From contig CAVTVC010000009.1 of assembly GCA_963738085.1 (NCBI GenBank), forward strand, positions 62,454-126,453: a stretch of DNA of 64,000 nucleotides. The letters are read 5' to 3'. This DNA comes from an uncultured Acidobacteriaceae bacterium. Its GTDB lineage: Bacteria > Acidobacteriota > Terriglobia > Terriglobales > Acidobacteriaceae. The position numbers and the translations under genes are program-made. Below the pieces are notes generated by a model that was not told where the DNA came from, ran no database searches, and worked only from the letters and a program-made list of their open reading frames with translations. Within the stretch, counting starts at the first letter, position 1. Each line of letters begins with the position of its first letter. Of this stretch, positions 48,671 to 60,221 are shown piece by piece.

Positions 48671-48736
48671 TTTAAATCCTTTGTAGTGGAATGTCAGAAT
48701 TATGCTGCTATCGCGCATCTAGCAATCCAAGACTCC

Positions 48737-48776
48737 GCGCGAATGCCCACATCTCAAAATCGAGATATGGTGCACC
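48737..48776 (+). repeat. REP-like palindrome (family 1)
   Basis: GCGCGAATGCCCACATCTCAAAATCGAGATATGGTGCACC. Confidence 0.85.
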
Positions 48777-48957
48777 TGATTCTGTGGGCTCGGATACCGA
48801 AGTAGGACTTCGGGGAATCCATTCTCTAATTCTAAGAAGTAATAAACTTTTCGTCATTGCGTCAAAGCAATCTAACTCAGGCCACAGACGCGTTTGAAGC
48901 CCCTAGACGAGAGATGGCCAGATTTTTAGTGTGCGATTGCAGGAGCATTTTTGATCT

Positions 48958-50343
<1,386 letters not shown>

Positions 50344-50454
50344 ACTGTCTTAAGTTTAGCAGCGGGTGGGCGAGTCAGCGGTTTTGCAGTTGTTTTGGGT
50401 GGGAGTGCTGTGAAGTGGCTTGGCTTGGCGTGCTGAATCGCGTAGAACGGAACG

Positions 50455-52099
50455 ATGAAGATATTGACGGCAGAGGAGATGGGGACGGTTGATCGACGGA
50501 CGGTCGAGGAGTTCGGCGTGCCGCTGGACGACCTGATGGAACGGGCGGGTTCGGCGGTAGCTGAGTTTTGCCTGCGACGGTATCCGAGGGTGGGTCGGGC
50601 CACTGTGTTGTGCGGGAGAGGGAATAACGGCGGAGACGGGTTCGTTGCTGCTCGTGTGCTGGCACGCACCGGAATGATGGTGCGTGTGGTTTTGCTGGGA
50701 AGAATGGATGAGGTCAAGGGGGAGGCCGCGAAGGCTTTGAAACAAATGCGGGAGGAGGCTTCCTCGGCGATTGTGGACGAAGTGGTGGGTGAGACTGGGC
50801 TCGAAGGGATTCGCGATGCTGTGGGTGATGCGGAGGTGTTGATCGATGCAGTGACGGGGACGGGGTTCAAGCCCCCGCTGCGGGGAGTTGCGGTTTTGTT
50901 GCGGGAGATGGTGGAGAGGCTTGAGGTGCCGGTGGTGGCGGTGGATCTTCCGTCGGGGTGGGATGCGAATTCAATGGAGCAGACGGCTGCGGGATCGTTT
51001 CGGGCGGATGCGGTGGTGACGTTTACGGCTCCGAAGCTGGCGCATGTTTTTGGGCATCTGACGCGGAATGAGAGGACAGGTGGGACGTTTGGGCCGGTGG
51101 TGGTGGCGGCGATCGGGTCTCCGGAGGAGGCGGTGACGTCGGCTAGCGGGTTGACGTGGACCGGTGGGTCAAAGTGGTTGGCGGAGAAGGCTCGGAATGT
51201 GAATTCGAATAAGGGCAGGTTTGGGCATGTTCTGGTGGTTGGGGGGAGTTACGGGAAGGGGGGAGCTCCGGCGATGGCTTCGCTGGCTTGTCTTCGGAGC
51301 GGGGCGGGGCTGGTGACGGCGGCAGTGCCAAAGAGCATTGTGGATACGGTGGCTCGGATTACGCCGGAGCTGATGATGGTTCCGCTGGCCGAGGGGAACA
51401 AAGGCGCGGTGTCGTTCAAGAGTCTGGATGGCGCGAAGCTGGATGCTCTGATGGAGAAGATTACGGTGGCGGCGGTGGGGCCAGGGCTGTCGACGGAGGG
51501 GGATGCTCCCGCGTTTGCACGGCAGATTGTTGAGAAGGCGACGGTGCCCGTGGTGATTGACGCTGATGCGCTGAATGCGTTTGAGGGGAAGGCTCATTTG
51601 TTGGATGGGGCTGGGAGGGTAATGGTTTTGACGCCGCATCCTGGGGAGATGGCTCGCCTGGCCGGGTTGACGGTGAAGGAGGTTGAGGCAGATAGGGTGG
51701 GGTTGGCGCGGCGGTTTGCGACGGAGCACAACTTGACGCTGGTGTTGAAGGGGTGGCGGACGCTGGTGGCGCATCCGGATGGAGCGATTGCGGTGAATAC
51801 GACGTGGGAATCCGGCGATGGCTAAGGGCGGGAGCGGGGATATTCTGACGGGAATTGTTGCGGCAATGCTGGCGCAGTTTCCCGGTGATGTGGAGCGGGC
51901 GGTGGAGACGGCGGTTTATCTGCATGGGCTCGCTGGGGACTTTGCGGCAACGGTGATGGATGAGCATACGGTACTTGCAACCGATACGGTTACACATCTT
52001 TCGGATGCTTTCCGGTACAGGGTGATGGATGAGCATGGGTTGACCTGGATCTGTGGGCTTCGAGCGGATGAAAGAGAAAGGTTCAAGACGCGGAGTGAG
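50455..52099 (+). CDS. nnr: Bifunctional NAD(P)H-hydrate epimerase/dehydratase; +1 frameshift near 51803, 3' end approximate
   Basis: CGRGNNGGDG, DAVTGTG, VDLPSG, NKGRFGHV, VIDADAL, LTPHPGEM and AKGGSGDILTG. Confidence 0.9.
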
Positions 52100-52506
52100 G
52101 CGGGGACTCTTGCAATGGGGGAGCGGGTTTGGGAGATGTTGCTGCCTGCTCCGAAGCTGATTGGTGCTGCGGGGGGAGCTGGGGGCGGGGAAGACGACTC
52201 TGGTGAAGGGGATTGCGGCGGCGTTGGGTGCGGCTGAGGCGGAGGATGTGACGAGTCCTACGTTCACGCTGGTGCATGAGTACGTGGGGCCTAAGGTGCA
52301 GCTGTACCATCTGGATCTGTACCGGTTGGAGACGGAGGGGAGATTCTGATCTGGGGTTGGAGGAGATGGCGGATGCGCCGAATGCGTTGGTGCTGGTGGA
52401 GTGGGGTGAGAAGTTTCCGAGTGTGGTGGCGCGGGCGGAGGGCGAGATCTCTATTGAGCACGCCGGTGGGGATGAGCGACTGTTTGTGGTGCGGTTGGAG
52501 GGGTAA
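52068..52506 (+). CDS. tsaE: tRNA threonylcarbamoyladenosine biosynthesis ATPase; about three frameshifts in this sequence
   Basis: LRGELGAGKTT, VTSPTFTLVHEY, HLDLYRL and LVEWGE; canonical position after nnr. Confidence 0.88.
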
Positions 52507-52519
52507 GGCTGGTGCTGCG

Positions 52520-53287
52520 CTATTGTCCGCGGCCGATGTAGCGGTAGATGGCGCACTCTTCGTCGCCGGTTGACCCGTACTCTTTTTGTTGGGCTATAGC
52601 GGCGAGGTCGGCGATGTGGTCTTCGGGGGACATGGCGATCTGGCCGAGGAAGAGGCGTTGGAATGCAGGGTGCTTGTCGAGTATGTCGCGGCACTCGGAG
52701 TTGACGTAGAGGAGGTCGAAGGGGTACCGGGGCGGCGTGGCGTATTGGGCTTCGATGCGGCGAAGAAGGTTTTTGAGGACAGGGCCTTCGAAGGGGTGGT
52801 AGAGGAAGGCGAGGGTGGGTGTTTGGGGCAGATCGAAGGCAAGCGCGTCCTGCTGGTGGAGAAAGATTGGCGCGATTGGCGGAGCGGTGTCATCTGCGGC
52901 GTGGTCTGTTTGCCAGACTTCGAGATTGTTCTGCGCGATGTCGGCGATCTCGGGGTTGAGTTCGATACCGACGACCTGGCGAAAGGAGAATTCGCTGGCG
53001 ATGAGCATGGCGCGGCCTTTGCCGGCGCCGATGTCGAGGAAGGTGTAGCTGTGGATGGGATGGGGTGGGATGGTCTCGCGCCACCGGTCGATGAGGGTGC
53101 GGAGGATGCTGGGGGCGATGCCGTAGTAGGCGGTGACGAAGGCGTCGTTGGGGTGGCCGGTGACGAGGTTGCCGGCAGGGATCAGGCCGCTGGTGTCGAC
53201 GTTGTGGGCCAGGTCGAAGGGATGGATGGGGGTGGTAGCGAGTTTGAGGAGATCCTGCGGGCGTTTGGGTTTGGGAGGCTTGGGCAT
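52520..53287 (-). CDS. Class I SAM-dependent methyltransferase
   Basis: FLDIGAGKGRAM, VGIELN and FLYHPF. Confidence 0.82.
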   Translation of the reverse strand: MPKPPKPKRPQDLLKLATTPIHPFDLAHNVDTSGLIPAGNLVTGHPNDAFVTAYYGIAPSILRTLIDRWRETIPPHPIHSYTFLDIGAGKGRAMLIASEFSFRQVVGIELNPEIADIAQNNLEVWQTDHAADDTAPPIAPIFLHQQDALAFDLPQTPTLAFLYHPFEGPVLKNLLRRIEAQYATPPRYPFDLLYVNSECRDILDKHPAFQRLFLGQIAMSPEDHIADLAAIAQQKEYGSTGDEECAIYRYIGRGQ

Positions 53288-53289
53288 AG

Positions 53290-53661
53290 TCAGCGGATCT
53301 GGATGAGGTTGGGGTTGCCATCGAGGCCAAGGGTTTTGCGGCCTGCGGGTGTGATGCTGAGGGGTGACCATGCGGGCTCGTGAACGAGGACGACTTCAGT
53401 TTGGCTTACGGCTTCGAGGCCAGCGAGGCGGTTGACGATCTGCGCTGTGAGTTGGGCTTCGGATGCTTCACTGGATTGCGTGGGGGTGATTTCGATTTTG
53501 ATGGTGTGCTTTTGCGGAACGCCGGGGATGTGGGTGCCGGGGGCGTCGAGATCGCGGGCGATGGCGATGGAGCGGATGAGACCGAGGTCGACTATGTTGC
53601 AGGGGAGGACCGGGTCGTAGCAGTCGCGCAGGGCTGTGATGACGTCGGTTTCCGTGAGCAT
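53290..53661 (-). CDS. Metal-sulfur cluster assembly factor (DUF59/SufT-like)
   Basis: ALRDCYDP...NIVDLGLI and LVHEPAWSP. Confidence 0.8.
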   Translation of the reverse strand: MLTETDVITALRDCYDPVLPCNIVDLGLIRSIAIARDLDAPGTHIPGVPQKHTIKIEITPTQSSEASEAQLTAQIVNRLAGLEAVSQTEVVLVHEPAWSPLSITPAGRKTLGLDGNPNLIQIR

Positions 53662-53776
53662 TGCTGACTTGATGATATCCGTTGTTGCAAGTGGCGGTGG
53701 AGAAGGCCCGGGCTGGAGGCCCTCGCAAAACAGAAAGCAAGCGGTGCGGCTGAAGTCGCACGCTTGCAAAAGCCGG

Positions 53777-54814
53777 TTAGTGGCCGCCTGCCGCGGAGGT
53801 CGAGGAGATGTTCGACCAGGCGAGGCCGTCGGCGGTGTTTCCAGCGTCGATGAGGGACTGGACCTTCCATGTCTTAATGTCGATGGCGGCGACTTTGTTT
53901 TCTGTGTTGCAGGAGACGTAGGCGACGAGGCCGTCGGGGCGGATGAGGACCTCTTGCGGCTGGGCGGGAACGTCGATGGTCTTGACGACGGTGAGGGTCT
54001 GGAGATCGATGACGGCAACTTTGGAGGATTTGGAGAGGCAGAGGATGAGGAAGCGGCCGTCGTGTGTAGACGCGCTGCCGTAGCCAGTGCCTGGGAGAGG
54101 AATCCATGTTTTGAGTTTGCGGGTGGCGGTTTCGATGACCGCGAGACGGGGCTTGTCCCAGTCGGACGTGAAGAGGAGCTTGTCGTCGTTGCTGATGGAG
54201 ATGCGCTGGACTTTTACGGCTCCGGCTTCGCCGAGGGGGATGATGGCAATGGTTTTGTGCGTGTCGAGGTCGAGGACGGAGACGCTACTGGCTCCTACGT
54301 TGGTGGTGTAGGCGAAGCGGCCGTCGTGGGAGAGGGCGAACATGTGGGACTCGGGTGCGCCGGTGGGGATTTTGTAAAGGATCTTGAGGGTTTTCGGATC
54401 GATTGCGGTGATGGCCTGATCGAGTTCGGTGGAGACGTAGAGGATGTTGCGATGGGTGTCGTAGACGGGGAGATGGGGGCGGACGCCGTGGCCGAAGTCG
54501 ACCGTACTGGTGATTTTGTGCGAGGGGACGTCGATGACGAGCATCTCGTGGCCGTCGGTACCGGCGCGGCCTACGCCGGCGTTACCGTAGATGGGGACGT
54601 AGGCGGTGTGGCCGTCGGGCGAGGTAGTGACTTCGTGGCCGGTGATGCGATCTTCCTGGAGAGCGAAGGTTTGTTTTGCGGTGGCCGCGTCGATGAAGGA
54701 GAGAGTGTGGTCCTTTTGATTGGCTACGAGGAGGGTGCCTTGCGCGTGGGCTGAAGGAATGGCGATGGCGAGGGACAATGCGAACAGGCAACCGGTGACG
54801 GGAAAAATCTTCAT
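53777..54814 (-). CDS. Secreted YncE/YVTN beta-propeller protein
   Basis: Signal peptide and repeated xSxDG...AY/V..ID blades. Confidence 0.82.
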   Translation of the reverse strand: MKIFPVTGCLFALSLAIAIPSAHAQGTLLVANQKDHTLSFIDAATAKQTFALQEDRITGHEVTTSPDGHTAYVPIYGNAGVGRAGTDGHEMLVIDVPSHKITSTVDFGHGVRPHLPVYDTHRNILYVSTELDQAITAIDPKTLKILYKIPTGAPESHMFALSHDGRFAYTTNVGASSVSVLDLDTHKTIAIIPLGEAGAVKVQRISISNDDKLLFTSDWDKPRLAVIETATRKLKTWIPLPGTGYGSASTHDGRFLILCLSKSSKVAVIDLQTLTVVKTIDVPAQPQEVLIRPDGLVAYVSCNTENKVAAIDIKTWKVQSLIDAGNTADGLAWSNISSTSAAGGH

Positions 54815-54864
54815 AGGTCGCGAGTTTACATGGTTGCGATTGCGAGGGTGAAGAGAGTTGCCGT

Positions 54865-55917
54865 TTAGTTTTTTCGTTCGACGAGGTATTGGGCGAGGGA
54901 TTTTAGGGGTGTGGCGGCTTCGCCGAAGGGTTCGAGGGCGGCGAAGGCGTCGGCGATTAGTTCTTCGGCGTCTTTGAGGGATTTTTCTATGCCGTAGACG
55001 GCGGGCCAGGTGGCTTTGGTGGTGGCGGTGTCTTTGCCTGCGGTCTTGCCCAGCTCTTCGGAGCTTTGCGTCATGTCGAGGACGTCGTCGACGATCTGGA
55101 AGGCGAGGCCGGCTTTTTCGCCGAAGGTGCGGAGGCGGGCGATGGTGTCGACAGAGACTGCGTGGTGCTCTTCGAGGCCCTTCTGCAGCGCGTCGAGGCG
55201 AGCTTTGGCGGCTGCGACGGTTTCGCCGCCGCGGCGATCGGCGGCTCCTGCGAGCCCCATGGAGCCGCGCATCTGGCGAATACCGAAGAGGCCGCCGGAG
55301 ACGATGCTGGTGGTGATGAGGGCTCCGGTCTTGGCGCGGTGGATGGATTCGACGAGCTCGGCAGTGGGCGCTTTGCCTTCGGATTCGATATCGACTACCT
55401 GGCCGCCGATCATGCCGGGAGGAAGTGCGGTTTGGAGGTCGCCGACGCGGCCTACTCCGGTGCCGATGGCGAGAGAGACGTCTTTGAGGATGGCGACTAC
55501 GGTTGCGGATGGGGCGGGGAGCTGGGCGATGGTTTGGAAGGCGAGGGTCTGGAGCGCGTCGCCGGCGAGGATGGCGATGGCTTCGCCGAAGACGACGTGG
55601 CAGGTGGGGTGGCCACGGCGGAGGTCGTCGTTGTCGAGGGCGGGGAGATCGTCGTGGATGAGGGAGTAGGTGTGGATCATCTCAAGGGCTGCGCCGAGAT
55701 TGGCGGCGCCTTCGGGGATTGCTCCGGTTCCGGCGACCATCCGTGCGGCCTCCATGCAGAGGATGGGACGGAGACGCTTGCCGCCGGCGAAGACGCTGTG
55801 GCGCATGGCTCGGTGGATGGAGTGAGGGAGGGTGTCAGGTGAGGGCAGGAGACGTTCGAGGGCGCGGTCTGTGAGTTCGGCGCCGGAGACGAGCAGGGTT
55901 TTTACTGTGGAGTCCAT
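54865..55917 (-). CDS. ispA: Short-chain polyprenyl diphosphate synthase (FPP/GGPP synthase)
   Basis: GGKRLRP, YSLIHDDLPALDNDDLRRG (FARM), KTGALI, FQIVDDVLD (SARM) and GKTAGKD. Confidence 0.88.
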   Translation of the reverse strand: MDSTVKTLLVSGAELTDRALERLLPSPDTLPHSIHRAMRHSVFAGGKRLRPILCMEAARMVAGTGAIPEGAANLGAALEMIHTYSLIHDDLPALDNDDLRRGHPTCHVVFGEAIAILAGDALQTLAFQTIAQLPAPSATVVAILKDVSLAIGTGVGRVGDLQTALPPGMIGGQVVDIESEGKAPTAELVESIHRAKTGALITTSIVSGGLFGIRQMRGSMGLAGAADRRGGETVAAAKARLDALQKGLEEHHAVSVDTIARLRTFGEKAGLAFQIVDDVLDMTQSSEELGKTAGKDTATTKATWPAVYGIEKSLKDAEELIADAFAALEPFGEAATPLKSLAQYLVERKN

Positions 55918-55991
55918 CTGGTGTTGATGATAAATGAGCTTGTACGACCGCGGATTTTTGCGGCAGTGAAGGGAGGGCAAAAGCAAATGCA

Positions 55992-56047
55992 GGTCCTTCG
56001 ACTGCGCAGCTCGCAAAGGCGCGAGTTGCTTCGCTCAGGGGGACAAT
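55992..56047 (+). repeat. Palindromic repeat family 2
   Basis: GGTCCTTCGACTGCGCAGCTCGCAAAGGCGCGAGTTGCTTCGCTCAGGGGGACAAT; abuts the stop of the 56048 gene. Confidence 0.8.
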
Positions 56048-57901
56048 TTATGGGCGGGTTTTACGTAACGCAAAGACGGAGAGGAGTGCGAGGGAGATTA
56101 CGGAGATGAAGTCGCCGAGGGTTTGGTCGAGGGTTTGCATGTAAGTGATGTTGATTTTGTAGTCCGCGGCGTAGATGGGAAGAGCGACGAGACCGTCATC
56201 ACGGTGAATATGTCTTGGGTGGTCGAGGCTCAGGCTGTTGGAGTCTGTGCTTGTGATGTCCCAGGATGGGTAGTCGCGCAGGTTAAGTATGAGATACCCC
56301 GGTTGGGCCGCTTTGAAGGAGAAGTGGGTGGGTGCGGGACCGGGCCGCGCGTTGATTGGGGCTTTTCCGTTGGGATCCGATGAGATCCAATACGAAGGGT
56401 TCGTTTGGGCGAGGGAGTCGTTATCGGCGGTTGTGGGGGTGTATTCGTCGGTGGGGTCGGTGCCTTGATTGGAGTGGAAGACGGCGAGGCGGGCTTGCAC
56501 GGTGTCACTGGGGTCGCAGGTTTGATGGAAGACGGTATAGGCCGGGTAGATCAAAGCTGCGACTATGACTGCCGCGAAGGCAGCTGTTGAGAGGGGGGTG
56601 AGTTGGATCGGTTTGAGGACGAGGGCCAGCGTTAGTGCGAAGACTGCGGCGAGGATCGCGAGGAGACGCCAGGGGAATTGGAGGAAGGCTAGTTCGGGGG
56701 CGTGGTTCCAGATGAAAGCAGTTAAGGGGGTGAGTAGGAGAGCGATCGCGATAGTTAGAACAGCGAGGGCATAGAGGAGTGGACGCTTGGGGGAAGCGGT
56801 CGCGCTTTCGCTCGAGGCCCACGTTAGGCGCAGAAGATGCGTCGAAGATGGGGCCCCCGAGTTTGTGGATGGAGTGCTCTTGTTTGTGGCTGCCAGATAA
56901 GTTAGCGCTAGAGCGGTTAGGGTGATCAGGGCGATGGCGATGAGTGAGGCGGTGTGGAGGACCTGGTCGTGGGCGGCGTCGTCGGTGTGGTGGAAGAGGA
57001 AGTTGTCATGGATGCGGTAGAAGGGGATGATCGCCATGGCGATCTGAACGAAGCGGCGTTCGTAGGCGGCGGGGAGGATGTAGAAGGCAGCCAAGGTGAG
57101 GCCGAGGATGGTTCCCGCTGCTGCGTTGATGGCTAGTTGGAGCGGTGTCTGGGATTGGGGGGGGCTGGTATTGGAATGGGTTTGAGCGTTCGCGCTTTCG
57201 CGCGATACCCACATCTCAGAATCGAGATATGGGGCACCCGGATTTGTTGCGCTTCGGTTATTCGAAGCCACAGGGATGAATCGGCTTGAAGAGTTGGTGG
57301 CCAGCCGAATGACGGTTAAGAGGGCGAGGGCGTAGCAGCTCATGACGGCGGCGGGGGCGTTGGTGAGCCAGAGGAGTGCGACGGGGATGGCGATGCGGGG
57401 GATGGTGATTTTGCTGCTCAGGATGGCGTGGAGGAGGAGCGGGATGAAGGCAGCGGCGAGGAGTTCGGCGTAGGCTGTGCGCTCGTAGGCGGTGAAGAGC
57501 ATGTACGGGTTGACTGTGTATACGATTGCGGCGATGAGTGCGGCTTTGGAATTGGTGAAATCGCGGGCGAGATAGTTGAGACTGAGGCCGGCCGCGGAGA
57601 GGGCCAGCCATGTGTAGAGGATCGGAGTCCACTGCCAAGGAAATATGAGGCCGAGGATGGCTCCGATGGTCCAGGAGAGCGGCGGGTAGAAGACGAAGCG
57701 GGGTTCTCCGGCGTTGTATGCGGGAGAGAAGGCCCAGTGCGGGTGGAGATTGCCGTGAGTGAATTGGCGTGCGGCTTCCATCCAGTTGAGGAGGTGGAAG
57801 TCGAAGTCGTGGCCGCAGGAGCAGCCGTTGATGAGAAGTGGCAGGATGGCGACGAGCGCGGCTAAGGGGATGAGGATGTATGATAGCCGATCGCGGTGCA
57901 T
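56048..57901 (-). CDS. Polytopic membrane protein, PTPS-related/GT-C-like family
   Basis: GHDFDFH, GEPRFVFYPP, YTVNPY...ERTAYAE and LQFPWR; two low-complexity loops containing REP sequence. Confidence 0.78.
   Translation of the reverse strand: MHRDRLSYILIPLAALVAILPLLINGCSCGHDFDFHLLNWMEAARQFTHGNLHPHWAFSPAYNAGEPRFVFYPPLSWTIGAILGLIFPWQWTPILYTWLALSAAGLSLNYLARDFTNSKAALIAAIVYTVNPYMLFTAYERTAYAELLAAAFIPLLLHAILSSKITIPRIAIPVALLWLTNAPAAVMSCYALALLTVIRLATNSSSRFIPVASNNRSATNPGAPYLDSEMWVSRESANAQTHSNTSPPQSQTPLQLAINAAAGTILGLTLAAFYILPAAYERRFVQIAMAIIPFYRIHDNFLFHHTDDAAHDQVLHTASLIAIALITLTALALTYLAATNKSTPSTNSGAPSSTHLLRLTWASSESATASPKRPLLYALAVLTIAIALLLTPLTAFIWNHAPELAFLQFPWRLLAILAAVFALTLALVLKPIQLTPLSTAAFAAVIVAALIYPAYTVFHQTCDPSDTVQARLAVFHSNQGTDPTDEYTPTTADNDSLAQTNPSYWISSDPNGKAPINARPGPAPTHFSFKAAQPGYLILNLRDYPSWDITSTDSNSLSLDHPRHIHRDDGLVALPIYAADYKINITYMQTLDQTLGDFISVISLALLSVFALRKTRP
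56805..56860 (+). repeat. Diverged intragenic REP (family 1 variant), in frame
   Basis: GCTTTCGCTCGAGGCCCAC...GAAGATGGGGCCCCCG; encodes GAPSSTHLLRLTWASSES. Confidence 0.6.
57199..57240 (+). repeat. Intragenic REP (family 1), in frame
   Basis: GCGCGATACCCACATCTCAGAATCGAGATATGGGGCACCCG; encodes PGAPYLDSEMWVSR. Confidence 0.9.
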
Positions 57902-57925
57902 GGAGAGAGTATCGCAGACGCAGTT

Positions 57926-58423
57926 TCACAAGAGGGGTTTGGCCATCTCGTATTCGAAGATGGTGGGGTCGTTGGGGTAGGGCTCGGTGCGGCCTGTTTT
58001 GGAAAAACCGAGGCGTTCATAAAAAGAGATGGCTGCAAGATTGCCACTGGTAACCATGAGCTGAAATGTGTGGGCTCCGCCGGTGCGTGCCCAGGATTCG
58101 ATTGCGTTGACCAGGAGGTGGCCGGTGCCGGTGCGGCGCTGCTCGGGCGCGACCCACATGGACATGAGTTGCGCTTGTTGCGGGTTTTGTTCGTTGAGGA
58201 AGGAGACGGCGATGCCGCAGAAGTTGTCTTCGTGATGAGCCAGGTAGCCGATGGAACGTGGAGTGCAGAGATTGAGTGCGCGTTGTTGCCAGTCGGCGTC
58301 GGTGAATTGAGATTCGCGGGCGTAGGTGCTGCCGAACGCGGAGGGCGCGTCCTGAAGGGCGCGGAGGCGGACTGCTTTGTAGGTGGAGGCCAGAGCGGGG
58401 GTGATCGGGTGGAGGGCGACCAT
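57926..58423 (-). CDS. GNAT family N-acetyltransferase
   Basis: AVRLRALQDAPSAF, SMWVAPEQRRTGTG and FYERLGF. Confidence 0.88.
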   Translation of the reverse strand: MVALHPITPALASTYKAVRLRALQDAPSAFGSTYARESQFTDADWQQRALNLCTPRSIGYLAHHEDNFCGIAVSFLNEQNPQQAQLMSMWVAPEQRRTGTGHLLVNAIESWARTGGAHTFQLMVTSGNLAAISFYERLGFSKTGRTEPYPNDPTIFEYEMAKPLL

Positions 58424-58448
58424 GTGGATGAATGGGATTGGTGGAGTG

Positions 58449-60050
58449 CTAATGCGCTCCGGCGGGGCCTTTGCCGGGTTTTACTTTTTTGAAGAGCCAG
58501 ACTATGGCTACGCAGGCGAAGCAGAGGAGAGAGAGCCAGCGGAAGACGTCGACGAAGGCCCAGTTTGAGGCCTGGCGCTGGAGTTCGGAGTACATCGTCG
58601 CCTGAGCGGGGGCGGTGGCGTTGGATGGGCCGAAAAGGCCGCTGCCTCCTCCTCCAGCGAAGAAGCCCTGGAGATTGTTGAAGTGATTCTGAAATTGCTG
58701 GCCGGTGATTGGTACCGAGTTGATGATCTGATTCTGGTGGACGGCGCTGCGGCGGGTGAGCAGGGTGGAGGCGATGGAGATACCGATGGAACCGCCGACG
58801 TTGCGCATGAGATTGAAGAGACCGCTCGCGTTGCCGATTTGTTTGTTGTCGAGAGTGCCGTAGGCGGCGGTGCTGATGGGGACGAAGACGAAGCTGAGGC
58901 CGAATCCGGTGATGAGGATCGGAAGAAGGAGTGTGGTGGGGGAGAGATCGAGGGTGACGTTGCCGAAGTAGAGAGTGGTGAGGCCGAAGGTGAAGAAGCC
59001 GAAGGTGAGGAGCCAGCGCGGATCGACCTTATTTGATAGGTAGCCGATGATGGGCATGCCGCAGATGGCTCCGATGCCGCGGGGAGCGACGACGAGGCCG
59101 GCGGAAAAGGCGGTGTAGCCGAGGAGCTCCTGGTAAAAGAGCGGGAGGACGGTGACGGTGGAGTAGATACCGATGCCGAACATGAAGATGAGAACGCAAC
59201 CGATGAGGAAGTTGCGATCCTTTAGTACTTTGAGGTCGACGATGGTGTTTTTGTCGCGCCAGCAGTGCCAGCAGAAGTAGATGAAGGAGACGACGAGGAA
59301 GACGAAGGCCCAGCGGATCCAGGTGGCGCCGAACCAGTCGTCTTCCTGGCCCTTGTCGAGGATGACCTGCAGGCAGCCGGTCCAGATGACCAGAGCAGCG
59401 AAGCCGTAGCGGTCGAGCGGAGCAACCTTGGCTTTGCTGATGTAGGCGGGGTCGTGGATGAAACGGTTGATCATGAAGAGGGCCAGGAGGCCGATGGGGA
59501 TGTTGATGTAGAAGGCGTATCGCCATGAGTAGGTGTCCGTGAGCCAGCCGCCGAGGGTGGGACCGAGAACGGGCGCGACAACGACTCCGAAGGCGAAGAC
59601 TGCCATGGCGGCTCCGCGTTTGGCGGGCGGGAAGGACTCGAGGAGGATTGCCTGGGAGAGGGGTTGGAGGGCTCCGCCACCGGCTCCCTGGATGACGCGA
59701 GCGAGAAGCATGAGGGGGAGGGTGGGGGCGGCTCCGCAGGCAAAGCTAGCGGCAGTGAAGATGGCGACGCAGGACATAAGGAAGCGCTTGCGGCCGAAGC
59801 GGAGGGAGAACCAGTTGCTGGCGGGGAGGACGATGGCGTTGGCGACGAGATAGCTGGTGAGGACCCATGTGGCTTCGTCGGTAGAGGCTGAGAGGGAGCC
59901 GGCGATGTAGGGGAGGGCGACCGAGGCGATGGCGGTGTCGAGCACCTCCATGAAGGTGGCGAGCATGACCGAAGCTGCGATGAGCCAGGGGTTCACGCCT
60001 CGGGCGGCTTCAGCGGATTGATCTGGAGGTGCGACTGCGGCTGAGGCCAT
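58449..60050 (-). CDS. DHA2 family (EmrB/QacA) MFS efflux transporter
   Basis: MEVLDTAIASVAL, RVIQGAGGG, APVLGPTLGGW and RNVGGSIG. Confidence 0.93.
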   Translation of the reverse strand: MASAAVAPPDQSAEAARGVNPWLIAASVMLATFMEVLDTAIASVALPYIAGSLSASTDEATWVLTSYLVANAIVLPASNWFSLRFGRKRFLMSCVAIFTAASFACGAAPTLPLMLLARVIQGAGGGALQPLSQAILLESFPPAKRGAAMAVFAFGVVVAPVLGPTLGGWLTDTYSWRYAFYINIPIGLLALFMINRFIHDPAYISKAKVAPLDRYGFAALVIWTGCLQVILDKGQEDDWFGATWIRWAFVFLVVSFIYFCWHCWRDKNTIVDLKVLKDRNFLIGCVLIFMFGIGIYSTVTVLPLFYQELLGYTAFSAGLVVAPRGIGAICGMPIIGYLSNKVDPRWLLTFGFFTFGLTTLYFGNVTLDLSPTTLLLPILITGFGLSFVFVPISTAAYGTLDNKQIGNASGLFNLMRNVGGSIGISIASTLLTRRSAVHQNQIINSVPITGQQFQNHFNNLQGFFAGGGGSGLFGPSNATAPAQATMYSELQRQASNWAFVDVFRWLSLLCFACVAIVWLFKKVKPGKGPAGAH

Positions 60051-60221
60051 GGTCTCGGGAGGAATCCATCCGATGGGAGTGATTGTCTCCTATGTAGAGG
60101 GGAGAAAGAGAGGCGGGGATGCTTTTTCGAGCGTGATTTCTCGGAGAATGACGAAAAGCGGCAGTCCTTGGCTGAGGGCTGCCGCATTGTTAGAGGTTCG
60201 TGATTCGTTTGTTGCGATGGA

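Noticed and set aside
48780-48957. SRP RNA (ffs) near ffh
   Set aside because: No SRP helix-8 GGAA-loop hairpin motif was seen in the flanking intergenic regions.
51795-52506. Apparent nnr-tsaE fusion ORF and split tsaE
   Set aside because: Explained by about four single-base indels. tsaE is a conserved t6A gene with intact motifs, so error is more likely than fusion or pseudogenisation.
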